Positions 54,649-63,776 of a DNA stretch of 64,000 bases are shown piece by piece. The DNA is taken from the IMG/VR virus record IMGVR_UViG_3300024269_000002; one strand, given 5' to 3'. This DNA is from a virus. Taxonomy: Duplodnaviria > Heunggongvirae > Uroviricota > Caudoviricetes. Each line of letters begins with the position of its first letter. Position 1 is the first letter of the stretch. The notes beneath the pieces were generated by a model. That model searched no databases, was not told where the DNA came from, and worked only from the letters and a program-made list of their open reading frames with translations. Position numbers and translations under genes: made by a program.

Positions 54649-56594
54649 GTGATTGGATGGCTGAAGAAAGATTTGTATACCAAGTAGGAGATCTAATTCA
54701 GATCGATCCTACAGCAACACGCATTGATGGATCCTCAATTGATGCTGACTTGAAGGGAAATAACTACAACTGGTTTGTTACGGATGTTGATCCTACAAAC
54801 TTTACTTTGACTCTCGGAGCATACAGAGCATTTGGATTGAGATATAGATGGAATCCTCCGATTGTAATTCATGAGGATTTTGTGTCTAAGATAGTTAAAC
54901 TTGTTTGTAGACACGCAAACGCAGTTGTTGACTCAAAAGTTGAACCTACTTGCTTGGAAGATGGTCTAACTGAAGGCAGGCACTGTCCTGACTGTGGTGA
55001 AGTTCTTCTAGCACAGCATAAGATTCCTAAACTGGAACACGAATATGTGTACGATATGGATCAAGGTGTTAAAACTTGTACAAAGTGTAAACATCAGATA
55101 TTTGACTCAGAACGATCCATTGATCTTACAGGAGACGACATCAGAAAGATGATTCAGATAATTGAGGCTATGCTTTCATATGATTCATCTTCACCAGTTC
55201 CCCCTGAAGTTATTCCTGAGGTAGATCCTCCTGTGGAGCCAGTATTTAGTTCCGATATTACATTTACAAGCGAGTGGAAAACAGATCTGGATCTTCCTTA
55301 CTTGTTTTATACTCCTTCAAGTGCAACAACCGACGGAACAACTCCGCTCATTGTTTGGCTACACGGTTCAGATGAGTGCGGTGCAAGCGAGAGCATATTC
55401 CGCGACAGAGGCTTGCCTGCTGTTTTGAAAAGCTGGTCATTGAAAGGTTTCAACGCATACATACTTTGCCCCAGACTTCCTGGAGGTATCAAATGGACTC
55501 AACGATCCGATTCTGTTTTCAGTATGATTTCTAACATTGTTAGTAAGTACAAAGTTGATACACGAAAGATCATACTTATGGGCCACTCTCTTGGTGGTAT
55601 TGGAACTGAGTACATTGCGTTCCAGAAACCTGGTTATTTCTCGTGTCAGATTATAATGAGCGGTTACAGTTCTGGAGTAGATCTATCTCAGTTAAAAGAT
55701 CTACCAACAAGGGTGTATGCTGAAAATTCAGAGTATTCAGCTCATTACAACACACTGAAAAATACATTTGGGCAGGAGGCTTGTACGGTTCTCAACTGTG
55801 GTCATGGTGAAGTTCCTGGTAAGGCATTAACTATTGAAAAGTCAGACGCTGCCGGTGTATCTGATCTTCTGTACTGGGCAATCTCTCAAACAAATGAACA
55901 ACTTGATGATACAGAGAGTGAGCCTAAATTACAAGTTCCCTTTACAACTGTTGTTACAGCTGATGGTGTAAATCTTAGAACTGGACCTGGAACAGAGTAT
56001 GACGTTGCGGATAGCAATAACAAGGCTTATGCTGGACAACAGCTGACTATAGTTGAAATTGTACAATCCGGTAATCATAATTGGGGTAAGCTAGATCCGA
56101 ATATCTGGAAAACCTCAAAGACAAGTAGTTGTATCGGAAAATCTGATCGCTGGATAGCACTAGAGTACACAACTGCTTTTAACTCGGAAACATTTAAGAC
56201 TCCTACATGGATATATCCATTATCATATCAAAGGCTATCAAGCCCTTATGGTTATAGAATACATCCTATCAGTGGAGAATGGAAAATGCACTGGGGTGTA
56301 GATCTTGGAGCATACTGGGGAACTCCGATATATGCAACAAAAGCAGGAACTGTTTCAACAGTGGCTTATCAAGAGGATGGGGCCGGAAATTATATCTGTA
56401 TAAAACATGAAGATGGAACTCAGTCTGATTATTTCCATCTTGAAGAGCAACTTGTTTCTGTTGGTGACAAAGTTGAAGCCGGACAGCATATCGGTAGATG
56501 TGGCAGCACTGGCGGATCAACAGGCCCTCATTTGCATTTCCAGATATGGGAGAACGGCTCTAGACAAGATCCGGCAGAGTACATTGATTTCTAA
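54645..56594 (+). CDS. alpha/beta-hydrolase (esterase) plus M23 peptidase fusion with N-terminal Cys-rich module
   Basis: GHSLGG nucleophile elbow. M23: HWGVDLGA...GNYICIKHEDG...GPHLHFQI. Start could be the ATG at 54657. Confidence 0.75.
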   Translation: MSDWMAEERFVYQVGDLIQIDPTATRIDGSSIDADLKGNNYNWFVTDVDPTNFTLTLGAYRAFGLRYRWNPPIVIHEDFVSKIVKLVCRHANAVVDSKVEPTCLEDGLTEGRHCPDCGEVLLAQHKIPKLEHEYVYDMDQGVKTCTKCKHQIFDSERSIDLTGDDIRKMIQIIEAMLSYDSSSPVPPEVIPEVDPPVEPVFSSDITFTSEWKTDLDLPYLFYTPSSATTDGTTPLIVWLHGSDECGASESIFRDRGLPAVLKSWSLKGFNAYILCPRLPGGIKWTQRSDSVFSMISNIVSKYKVDTRKIILMGHSLGGIGTEYIAFQKPGYFSCQIIMSGYSSGVDLSQLKDLPTRVYAENSEYSAHYNTLKNTFGQEACTVLNCGHGEVPGKALTIEKSDAAGVSDLLYWAISQTNEQLDDTESEPKLQVPFTTVVTADGVNLRTGPGTEYDVADSNNKAYAGQQLTIVEIVQSGNHNWGKLDPNIWKTSKTSSCIGKSDRWIALEYTTAFNSETFKTPTWIYPLSYQRLSSPYGYRIHPISGEWKMHWGVDLGAYWGTPIYATKAGTVSTVAYQEDGAGNYICIKHEDGTQSDYFHLEEQLVSVGDKVEAGQHIGRCGSTGGSTGPHLHFQIWENGSRQDPAEYIDF

Positions 56595-56651
56595 ACAAGG
56601 AGTCATGTATATAAGATAATACATCATGACGAAGGAAAGGTAGATATTTTT

Positions 56652-57260
56652 ATGGCTGAGTTCTGCAAGGACTGCTTCAAGAAGATTGAGTCATCTGTTA
56701 GTGAACAAGATCTCGTACTTAGTTCTGATGCAGAGTTATGTGAAGGCTGTGGTGAGATGAAGCCAGTCGTTCTTGAAGTAAAAACTTCCGAACCTTCAAT
56801 GACTGTTGCAGAGTGTCAAGTAGAGACTCAAAAACACATTGAAATGGTTCGTAAATATATTAGATTCATGATTGATAAAATTGAGATGCGCGGTGTAAAA
56901 CATGATGCTTCAAAATTAGAATCTCCAGAGGTTGAACTATTCACACAGTTCACTCCTAAGCTTGCATCTACTACTTACGGTAGTGATGAATATAAAAGTT
57001 ATCTTGAAGGCTTAAAACCTGCTCTTGATCATCACTATGCAAGTAACAGACATCATCCTGAGCACTTTGTTAACGGCGTTAACGACATGACTCTGATTGA
57101 CATTATCGAGATGTTTTGTGATTGGAAAGCAAGTACTCACAGAATGAACGATGGAAATCTCTTAAAGAGCATTGATGTTAACACAGACAGATTTCACATC
57201 GAAGAGCAGCTAAAACAAATCTTTGTTAATACTGCTAGAATGATTGATGAGCATGAATAA
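56652..57260 (+). CDS. hypothetical His-rich protein (possible metal-dependent hydrolase)
   Basis: CKDC...CEGCG N-terminal ribbon; HDASK...HHYASNRHHPEH motif. Confidence 0.45.
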   Translation: MAEFCKDCFKKIESSVSEQDLVLSSDAELCEGCGEMKPVVLEVKTSEPSMTVAECQVETQKHIEMVRKYIRFMIDKIEMRGVKHDASKLESPEVELFTQFTPKLASTTYGSDEYKSYLEGLKPALDHHYASNRHHPEHFVNGVNDMTLIDIIEMFCDWKASTHRMNDGNLLKSIDVNTDRFHIEEQLKQIFVNTARMIDEHE

Positions 57261-57308
57261 CACATTCATGTATATACAACTGTAATCTTACATAAAGGAG
57301 ATATGTTT

Positions 57309-57626
57309 ATGAATTGGGAAATTCTACTAACTGTTCTTGCAAGTATTTGTACAGTTGTTGCTCTATTTATCAGCTACTATTTCTACATCAAGAGAAAGAT
57401 TGAGGCTGAAGTTCCTGGAGCGATCAACGGTGCAGAAGACACTGGCATGAGCGGTGCAGAAAAGTTTGAAGAGGCTGTAGATACAATCTACGCGCTTATT
57501 CCTGTTGCAGTAAGGCCTTTCATTACAAGAAGTCTTGTGGAAACACTTGTTCAAGAAGTGTTTGATAAGATGGAAGAATATGCAAGAAAGCAGCTTGACA
57601 AGGAAGCAGAGCCGACTGAAGCTTAA
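57309..57626 (+). CDS. holin candidate (LL-H-type)
   Basis: Single N-terminal TM (WEILLTVLASICTVVALFISYYFYI) followed by a charged tail; lies directly downstream of the three PG hydrolases; AAAGGAG RBS. Confidence 0.5.
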   Translation: MNWEILLTVLASICTVVALFISYYFYIKRKIEAEVPGAINGAEDTGMSGAEKFEEAVDTIYALIPVAVRPFITRSLVETLVQEVFDKMEEYARKQLDKEAEPTEA

Positions 57627-57641
57627 GTAATAGCATTTCAA

Positions 57642-57682
57642 ATAAACTGCGTATGATGAGTTCATACGCAGTTTATTAGTTT
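57642..57682 (+). terminator. rho-independent terminator
   Basis: aaactgcgtatga/tcatacgcagttt 13-bp stem followed by ATTAGTTT. Confidence 0.7.
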
Positions 57683-57710
57683 ACACTTGACTTTCATGTA
57701 TAAACATTAT

Positions 57711-57730
57711 ATAATGTTTATGATAAATAA
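57711..57730 (+). promoter_or_regulatory. 20-bp perfect palindrome TAAACATTAT|ATAATGTTTA containing a TATAAT box
   Basis: Verified self-complementary; shares the ATAATGTT/AACATTAT half-site with the palindrome at 43968. Confidence 0.5.
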
Positions 57731-57786
57731 GCATTCGTCTAATAATTTCTAGAATTCAATATATAATAAGTATAGAGGAAGACTTA

Positions 57787-59085
57787 ATGAGAGAGCTAAT
57801 CGTCGTAACATACAAGTTGCCTGCGGATCCTCTCACTCGTAAAATTTACGGTGATGACTTAGAGAACATGTATGATTGTACAGCTTTCTGGAACGATGAA
57901 TTATCCGCTCCAGAAATCAAAAAATTACAAAGAAAATATGATGAGGTTGAATCTTTTGTTTGCAACTTTGCTGCTTACAATGACTGGGTGGATAATGAGG
58001 CTGCTTGGGCTGAGTTTGTGAAAACTGGAGCTTGTCCGTTGAAGCCAGTTGCGGAGTCAGTTGATGTTGGAACAGATTCCAGAACTATCAACATTGAATG
58101 CGCGGTTCGTATTCAGCGAGAAAATCCGGAAGCAACATTTGAGTACAATGTTGACATTGATGATGTAGGTCAGATTGTGTTCACGCCATATGACGCTGGA
58201 ACAAGATTTTGTCATGAAGGTGAAGATGCTGTGGAGGGCGAGGATGTTAAGTTTGAGACTGTTCATTTAACAGCTCAGATGATTTCAGATTGTGATAACT
58301 ATGATTACTTTATGGGAACAGATGAGATTGGTCAATTTGTTATCACTCCGGATGTTCAGGATTCCTCTTTCTTAACTGTTTCAGTTGAAGATTCACTCAA
58401 CCTTGTTACGGAAGGAGCTGATAGCATTGTTGTTGATCCTGATTACGTTCCTGAATTTGATATCGGAGATCGAGTTGTTGTTCACCTCAATGGAAATGAT
58501 CGTCCTGGTGTGATCGTAGATTATGTAGATACTGATCCAATGGATGATGCTACTGGTGCTGATTCTGGTGAATTTGAAGCTTGGGTTGTTAGCTTTGACG
58601 ACAGCACTCAAGAGATGATCGGAACATGTTATATGACACATGAGAATGAGATTGCAGAATGTGAGGAAACTGATTCTATGAAAGTACTGAAAGAATCTAA
58701 TAAGTATAGAGATTTTGATTGGAATGACGATCTTTATGCTGTTATCAAAAACGATGGAACCTATGCTGGAGTTCCTTGCCGTAGTTATGCGGAAGCTAGC
58801 CAGTTAGCATATCATCCTGGCTCAAAGATTTTCAAGCTTGTTCTAGAGGATGATGCTACTGAGGAACCACTGGAAGAGGATCTTTCTGAGCTTGACCGTA
58901 TGGATGTCGTTAACAAAGTTATGCGTGGTGAACTAAGTGTGTTCAGTGGAGACGGTGAGCCTGAAGAAAGTTACATTCCTATTCCAGAGTTGAATACCAC
59001 TCACGGAAAGTTGGATTTTGAATACTATTATGACGAAGCAACAGGTGAAGTTATTTCTTATTCAAAACCAAGAAGAGATTTCTAA
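57787..59085 (+). CDS. highly acidic protein (432 aa)
   Basis: D/E-rich throughout; GAGGAAGA RBS. Confidence 0.55.
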   Translation: MRELIVVTYKLPADPLTRKIYGDDLENMYDCTAFWNDELSAPEIKKLQRKYDEVESFVCNFAAYNDWVDNEAAWAEFVKTGACPLKPVAESVDVGTDSRTINIECAVRIQRENPEATFEYNVDIDDVGQIVFTPYDAGTRFCHEGEDAVEGEDVKFETVHLTAQMISDCDNYDYFMGTDEIGQFVITPDVQDSSFLTVSVEDSLNLVTEGADSIVVDPDYVPEFDIGDRVVVHLNGNDRPGVIVDYVDTDPMDDATGADSGEFEAWVVSFDDSTQEMIGTCYMTHENEIAECEETDSMKVLKESNKYRDFDWNDDLYAVIKNDGTYAGVPCRSYAEASQLAYHPGSKIFKLVLEDDATEEPLEEDLSELDRMDVVNKVMRGELSVFSGDGEPEESYIPIPELNTTHGKLDFEYYYDEATGEVISYSKPRRDF

Positions 59086-59378
59086 TGAGCATATACGATA
59101 ACTTATTTACCATTGCGCCAAAACCACAGTTGCGATATAGTGTCATTCGTGAGGGTGAGGAAGAGTCAGGAGTTGACTGGTTAGTTCAGTTTGAACTAGA
59201 ACCTTCCGAATTTGATGACTCTTTTGATTCAAACTATCGAGAAGAAATTGTCATCACAGCCGCAGACTTTGATACTGCTCACAAGTATGCACAACAGTAC
59301 ATTAGAACTATGCAGCTTAAATCTGAAACAAGCGATCAATGGAAGAACGCTGAGATTGTTTCAGTTGATAAAATCTAA
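59085..59378 (+). CDS. acidic small protein
   Basis: ATGA-coupled ORF. Confidence 0.45.
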   Translation: MSIYDNLFTIAPKPQLRYSVIREGEEESGVDWLVQFELEPSEFDDSFDSNYREEIVITAADFDTAHKYAQQYIRTMQLKSETSDQWKNAEIVSVDKI

Positions 59379-59393
59379 CAGTTATTATATAAT
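59365..59393 (+). promoter_or_regulatory. conserved promoter TTGATA-N17-TATAAT with AACAGTT
   Basis: cagTTGATAaaatctAACAGTTattaTATAAT. Confidence 0.55.
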
Positions 59394-59414
59394 ATATGTA
59401 TAAAAGGATAAGAC

Positions 59415-59915
59415 ATGAAGTTCAGTAAGTTGTTTCTTGATGAATCCTTGTTTGATAGTACATCAATGAAGTACGATGATGATTTCAGTGAGGCTGAACT
59501 TCCTCCTGAGAGTTTGCAGGGACCGACCTCTGGGTCCGATTCTGGTGTAACAGATTTAGTCATAACTGCAATAAACGACGAGTGGGAAGCAATTCGGACT
59601 TATAATTCTATCATCGAGACTTTGAAGTATGAAGCTCCTAACAATGAAGATTATGTAAGATTTATTCAGATTCTGAATGATATCAATGCAGAAGAAAACA
59701 AACATGTGGGACAGCTTCAAGAAATTCTACAGAGATTATCACCAAACGCGAAATTCATCGACAAAGGACGTGATGAAGGAAGATCACAGTTTAATTTTGC
59801 GAACGGTTTGTTACAAGTTCAGGCCTGGGAGCCGAAACAAACAACTGCCACAGTAACTCCAGATGTTTCTGGTGAAGATGTGTGCACATTAACTGACATT
59901 GATGACGATATGTGA
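59415..59915 (+). CDS. acidic protein (166 aa)
   Basis: ORF in track; D/E-rich. Confidence 0.5.
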   Translation: MKFSKLFLDESLFDSTSMKYDDDFSEAELPPESLQGPTSGSDSGVTDLVITAINDEWEAIRTYNSIIETLKYEAPNNEDYVRFIQILNDINAEENKHVGQLQEILQRLSPNAKFIDKGRDEGRSQFNFANGLLQVQAWEPKQTTATVTPDVSGEDVCTLTDIDDDM

Positions 59916-59927
59916 GGATTGATACAT

Positions 59928-60941
59928 ATGGCAAAACGTAGATTAAAAAATGAATCAATTGATAATCTGCAGAGAGTTGTAGACGCAGAAGCTCCTGCAG
60001 TAGTTGGACAGATGGATGTTGTCATGGCAGACGCTGTTCAGGAGAGCGCTAAGAATGACGAACATGCAGAGGAAGTTGCTACTCAGCTGCAGAAGACTGC
60101 TGATGTAGTTATTCCTGAAGATCCGAAAGAGGAGAAACCTGCTGTTGATAACAAGTTTACAGCAAAGTTAGTTCTGGATGAATCTCTGGAAGATTTCTCC
60201 CTTGTAACAGAGGATGCTACTCCTAAGGATGGTAGAGCAAGAAAAGTTTATGACGATGACGACGAAGATGAATATCTGGATTACGATATGTTTGACTTCG
60301 TCTATGGTCTTGTAACAGACTGCTGGCCTAAGCCCTTGAACCCTCTTGGACACAAGATGCGTAAGTTCATGTACATTGGTTCTGATAAGTACATGGATTC
60401 TCCTGATGCGGACACTCGTGATTCTTCTGATGGTCATGCTCAGGTTGCAAGCTATGGCGACTCCATTGAAGTTTATTCCAACAATCCTGCAGACTTCAAA
60501 GACATTGAGGATGTCTGTAAGCTGTATAAGCTGAGCTACTCTGGTCCTCACCGCAGACGCAGCAAGAGTACTTACTGGGAGTATTCATTCCGTGTAAATG
60601 TTCCTTGTGTGAGCAGTGGTTATCCTTACATGGTTGAGGAGTACTTCGAGACTCTTGGAATGACTATGGAAGATGTGATGCCTGCTGATTTCTGCAAACA
60701 GTATCGCAAGAGACAAGCAACAGTTGAGAAAGAAGCAAAGAAGTATATCAATCAGGCTGAAGTTGATAAGCTGATCGATAAAGCAATCACTGCTGCAGCT
60801 CAGGACAACACTGAGCCCTTGGAAGCACATCTTAAGAGACTTTATGTAGATTTAGATGCCGCTGGTTTAACTTACCAGAAATCCAAAGTTAAGAAAACCT
60901 TCATGGACGCTTTTGATGATCCTGAGGAAGACGACGAATAA
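59928..60941 (+). CDS. highly acidic protein (about 337 aa) with DDDDEDEYLDYDMFDF segment
   Basis: GAGGA RBS 9 nt upstream of the ATG at 59928. Confidence 0.55.
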   Translation: MAKRRLKNESIDNLQRVVDAEAPAVVGQMDVVMADAVQESAKNDEHAEEVATQLQKTADVVIPEDPKEEKPAVDNKFTAKLVLDESLEDFSLVTEDATPKDGRARKVYDDDDEDEYLDYDMFDFVYGLVTDCWPKPLNPLGHKMRKFMYIGSDKYMDSPDADTRDSSDGHAQVASYGDSIEVYSNNPADFKDIEDVCKLYKLSYSGPHRRRSKSTYWEYSFRVNVPCVSSGYPYMVEEYFETLGMTMEDVMPADFCKQYRKRQATVEKEAKKYINQAEVDKLIDKAITAAAQDNTEPLEAHLKRLYVDLDAAGLTYQKSKVKKTFMDAFDDPEEDDE

Positions 60942-60955
60942 TACTTACATAATGA

Positions 60956-60998
60956 ATAAAGCTCCGTCACGTAACCTGTGACGGAGCTTTTGTTGTTA
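60956..60998 (+). terminator. rho-independent terminator
   Basis: aaagctccgtcac/gtgacggagcttt 13-bp stem followed by TGTTGTT. Confidence 0.75.
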
Positions 60999-61058
60999 GA
61001 AAGATAACTGTTTAATCTTGTATATACATCTATAGTAAAACTATGAAGGAGACAAACT

Positions 61059-61739
61059 ATGGGAATGTTTACAAACTATCAACAAGAGCTTGTTAAGGCA
61101 TATCAGCCGAATAACTTGTCTCAATCCTTTCCCGCTCCTCTTACTGATAGTAGCTTGAATCCTCAGTCTGCAAGTAGACCTTACGAACTCTACAATGCAA
61201 AGAATGAACTTGTTGGATATACTTGGCATTATGGAGAAACATTAAATCTCGATTTTGAGATTGAGGGTGGAATTACCGTTGAACCGGATGCTTTGATTCA
61301 CACAGCTGAGAACGAGGATCCGAATAAGATACAGCTCATTGCAGATGTTGACACACGACTTTATAACATCACAGACCTAACATCATGGACCTGTTTAGGA
61401 AAGATTCCTGATGACAATGGTGTTGTTAGATATGTTTGGGTGCAAGACTCAGAGTTTACATATCCAGAAACAGCTGAGGGTGTTGCTCTGAAGTATATGT
61501 ACATGCCAACATCAAAATATCTGCAAGAAAAAACAGCTGTCGTCACACTATACAACTTCCGTATGGAGCCTGTTCATACTTGGAGTGTTCCTGCAGCTAG
61601 AAATGTTAGATGTTTTATCAACAAAGAGCTGTCTGCAAAGTTAGTAAAGGGAACTTATAGATGCTCTGTTCTTGTTGAGGGAGATGGAGTTAACTTCATG
61701 GTGTTCAGTCCAACTGATTGTGAACTACTAGTTAAGTGA
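61059..61739 (+). CDS. hypothetical protein (possibly virion structural)
   Basis: AAGGAGA RBS. Confidence 0.5.
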   Translation: MGMFTNYQQELVKAYQPNNLSQSFPAPLTDSSLNPQSASRPYELYNAKNELVGYTWHYGETLNLDFEIEGGITVEPDALIHTAENEDPNKIQLIADVDTRLYNITDLTSWTCLGKIPDDNGVVRYVWVQDSEFTYPETAEGVALKYMYMPTSKYLQEKTAVVTLYNFRMEPVHTWSVPAARNVRCFINKELSAKLVKGTYRCSVLVEGDGVNFMVFSPTDCELLVK

Positions 61740-61749
61740 GGAGAACAAC

Positions 61750-61974
61750 ATGAATATTAAACTTAGAGCTAGATTAGCAGCTTATGCAAAAGTAGAAACA
61801 TTACAGCCTAGTTCATCAACACCTGGTGTTGATGAAGGTTGTGATCTTATAACTGCAGGGCCAGTTCGTGGGGAGCGTATTGACACATTGTTTTCAGCCA
61901 AACAGTCAGAAGAGCAAACATCACAGAAGGCTGCTGGCGCTGCAATTATTGACGCTCTATTTCAGAAGGGATAA
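61750..61974 (+). CDS. hypothetical small protein
   Basis: GAGGAGAA RBS. Confidence 0.45.
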   Translation: MNIKLRARLAAYAKVETLQPSSSTPGVDEGCDLITAGPVRGERIDTLFSAKQSEEQTSQKAAGAAIIDALFQKG

Positions 61975-61977
61975 GTT

Positions 61978-62403
61978 ATGTTCAATATTGCATTCAATGG
62001 TATCATAACTGTTAACAGAGGAGACTCTTTTAGATTTCCATTAACTATCAATTTCGGAAGCTCCCTTGAGCCGAACACTTACGGCTTGAATGAACATGAT
62101 AAAGTGTACTTTGCTGTTATGGAACCGAATCAGCCCTTTGAAACTGCTCTTATAAAGAAAGTTTTTGATAAGTCTCATGAAAAAACAGATAAGGACACAG
62201 GTGTCAGATATCTTGAGATCAGTTTCAAACCACAAGATACTGAATGTGTTCTTCCTGGAAAATATTACTATCAGATAAAACTTCAAAGATTCCATAAGAT
62301 GCTTGACTCTGAAGGCGAGCTTGTTCAGCCTGAACAGTGGGATCTTGTCAACTATGATGTTGACACTGTTATTGATAAGACACAATTCTTTATTCTGGAG
62401 TGA
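61978..62403 (+). CDS. hypothetical protein
   Basis: ORF in track. Confidence 0.45.
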   Translation: MFNIAFNGIITVNRGDSFRFPLTINFGSSLEPNTYGLNEHDKVYFAVMEPNQPFETALIKKVFDKSHEKTDKDTGVRYLEISFKPQDTECVLPGKYYYQIKLQRFHKMLDSEGELVQPEQWDLVNYDVDTVIDKTQFFILE

Positions 62404-62409
62404 TGTATT

Positions 62410-63762
62410 ATGGCAACAAAAGGATTAGTTGGTGGTGTCAATACCACCTCAACAGTTGTTACGTCTTCAAGTAATACATCAAGCACTAATCTACAAGGAA
62501 CTGCGACTGGAACACAAGAGACAGTAACAGCATCTGTTGGAAGTAGTCAAGCATACAATGCTCGCATTCTCGCTAACTCAAACACTCCTGTGGAGTATGT
62601 TGGTGCTGAATCAGATTCTATGTACATAAATGTTGACAATTCTAACAGAACAATTAGTGGTGAAGTAAAATGGCGCAGCATGATTGCCACTAGTGAGGAA
62701 CAGGAAGATGCATATCATGCATATCCGGCTAACAAAGCTAGAATAAACTTTGCAGATTTATCCAAGTCTCTGTCAACAATTCAGAGTACTGTCGGAGTGC
62801 TTGAAGACTCTTGCAAGAAGTCAACAACAAACATCAATAAGTATATTGATGATCTAGCAAAAATACAGAGTGCACTAACTGATTGTCAGCAATTCTGTAC
62901 AGCTTTGAAAGATAGTTTGGATGCTGAAGTTGCAGCTCGAGAGCTGGACCATGTTAAATTGAGAAAAACTGATGCTGAAAACTTCAACACACTTAAAACT
63001 GATTTCAGTACATTAACAACTCAAACTATTACTCGTATGGATGCTCAAGATGCAGAAATCAAGAGCATCAAGGATGCGGTTGCAAGCGAGGAATTCCGTG
63101 CAAAATATGAGGAAGGAAGAATTGAGGAGAGTCTTCAGGCAACAACTAGAATGCTTCTCGATACTTCTCGTAATCTTGGAACACTTGAATCACAAACTCA
63201 GGAGTTAACAAATAGATTTAACAGTTTAGAAACTTCTGAACAGCTAACAACCATTGCTGATCACACAGCTCAAATTGAATCTCTAGATCAAGAAATGGAG
63301 AACTTAGACTTGAGATTGACCTCTCAAGTTAGTGAAGCAACGCGTGAAACTGCAAAACTAAGAGACATCGCGTACAAGCATAGTGCAGATATTACCACTG
63401 TTACCGCGACAGTTAAACAAGCTGAAAATGATCTTGAGGATCTTTCACAGGCTCATGAAGTTCTTGAAACTGTTGTTGATAACATGCACAGAACGCTTGA
63501 GGCAGATATTCAAGACAGAGAGAAACAGTACTTGCATCTGTCCACAAGAATTTCTGACGAAGGAACAATTCGAAGAGAGACCGACACTTTCCATGAAGAA
63601 GAGCTTGCCAGATTAGAGCTTCGTATTTCAATGCTACAAAGTGAGCTTGTGCTGGTTATCCAAAATCTGGCAGACGAGTTGAGACTTCGTGACAGTGAGC
63701 TTGAATCGGGCATGAACAGTATTACATATGATTTTATTGATGCAGGTACTGCACCAATCTAA
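62410..63762 (+). CDS. coiled-coil protein with S/T-rich N-terminus (possible scaffold or fibre-like)
   Basis: Long heptad-like regions rich in L/E/Q/T. Confidence 0.5.
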   Translation: MATKGLVGGVNTTSTVVTSSSNTSSTNLQGTATGTQETVTASVGSSQAYNARILANSNTPVEYVGAESDSMYINVDNSNRTISGEVKWRSMIATSEEQEDAYHAYPANKARINFADLSKSLSTIQSTVGVLEDSCKKSTTNINKYIDDLAKIQSALTDCQQFCTALKDSLDAEVAARELDHVKLRKTDAENFNTLKTDFSTLTTQTITRMDAQDAEIKSIKDAVASEEFRAKYEEGRIEESLQATTRMLLDTSRNLGTLESQTQELTNRFNSLETSEQLTTIADHTAQIESLDQEMENLDLRLTSQVSEATRETAKLRDIAYKHSADITTVTATVKQAENDLEDLSQAHEVLETVVDNMHRTLEADIQDREKQYLHLSTRISDEGTIRRETDTFHEEELARLELRISMLQSELVLVIQNLADELRLRDSELESGMNSITYDFIDAGTAPI

Positions 63763-63776
63763 GGAGATAGCTAGTA

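Noticed and set aside
57687-57725. TTGACT...TATAAT as a standard promoter for the acidic-protein operon
   Set aside because: The spacing between TTGACT (57687) and the TATAAT within the palindrome is about 27 nt, too long for sigma-70. The palindrome is reported as a regulatory site instead.
60994-61030. Additional conserved promoter upstream of the 61059 gene
   Set aside because: TTGTTA and TATATA boxes are present, but the spacing and -10 sequence do not fit the TTGAWT-N17-TATAAT consensus well enough to call.
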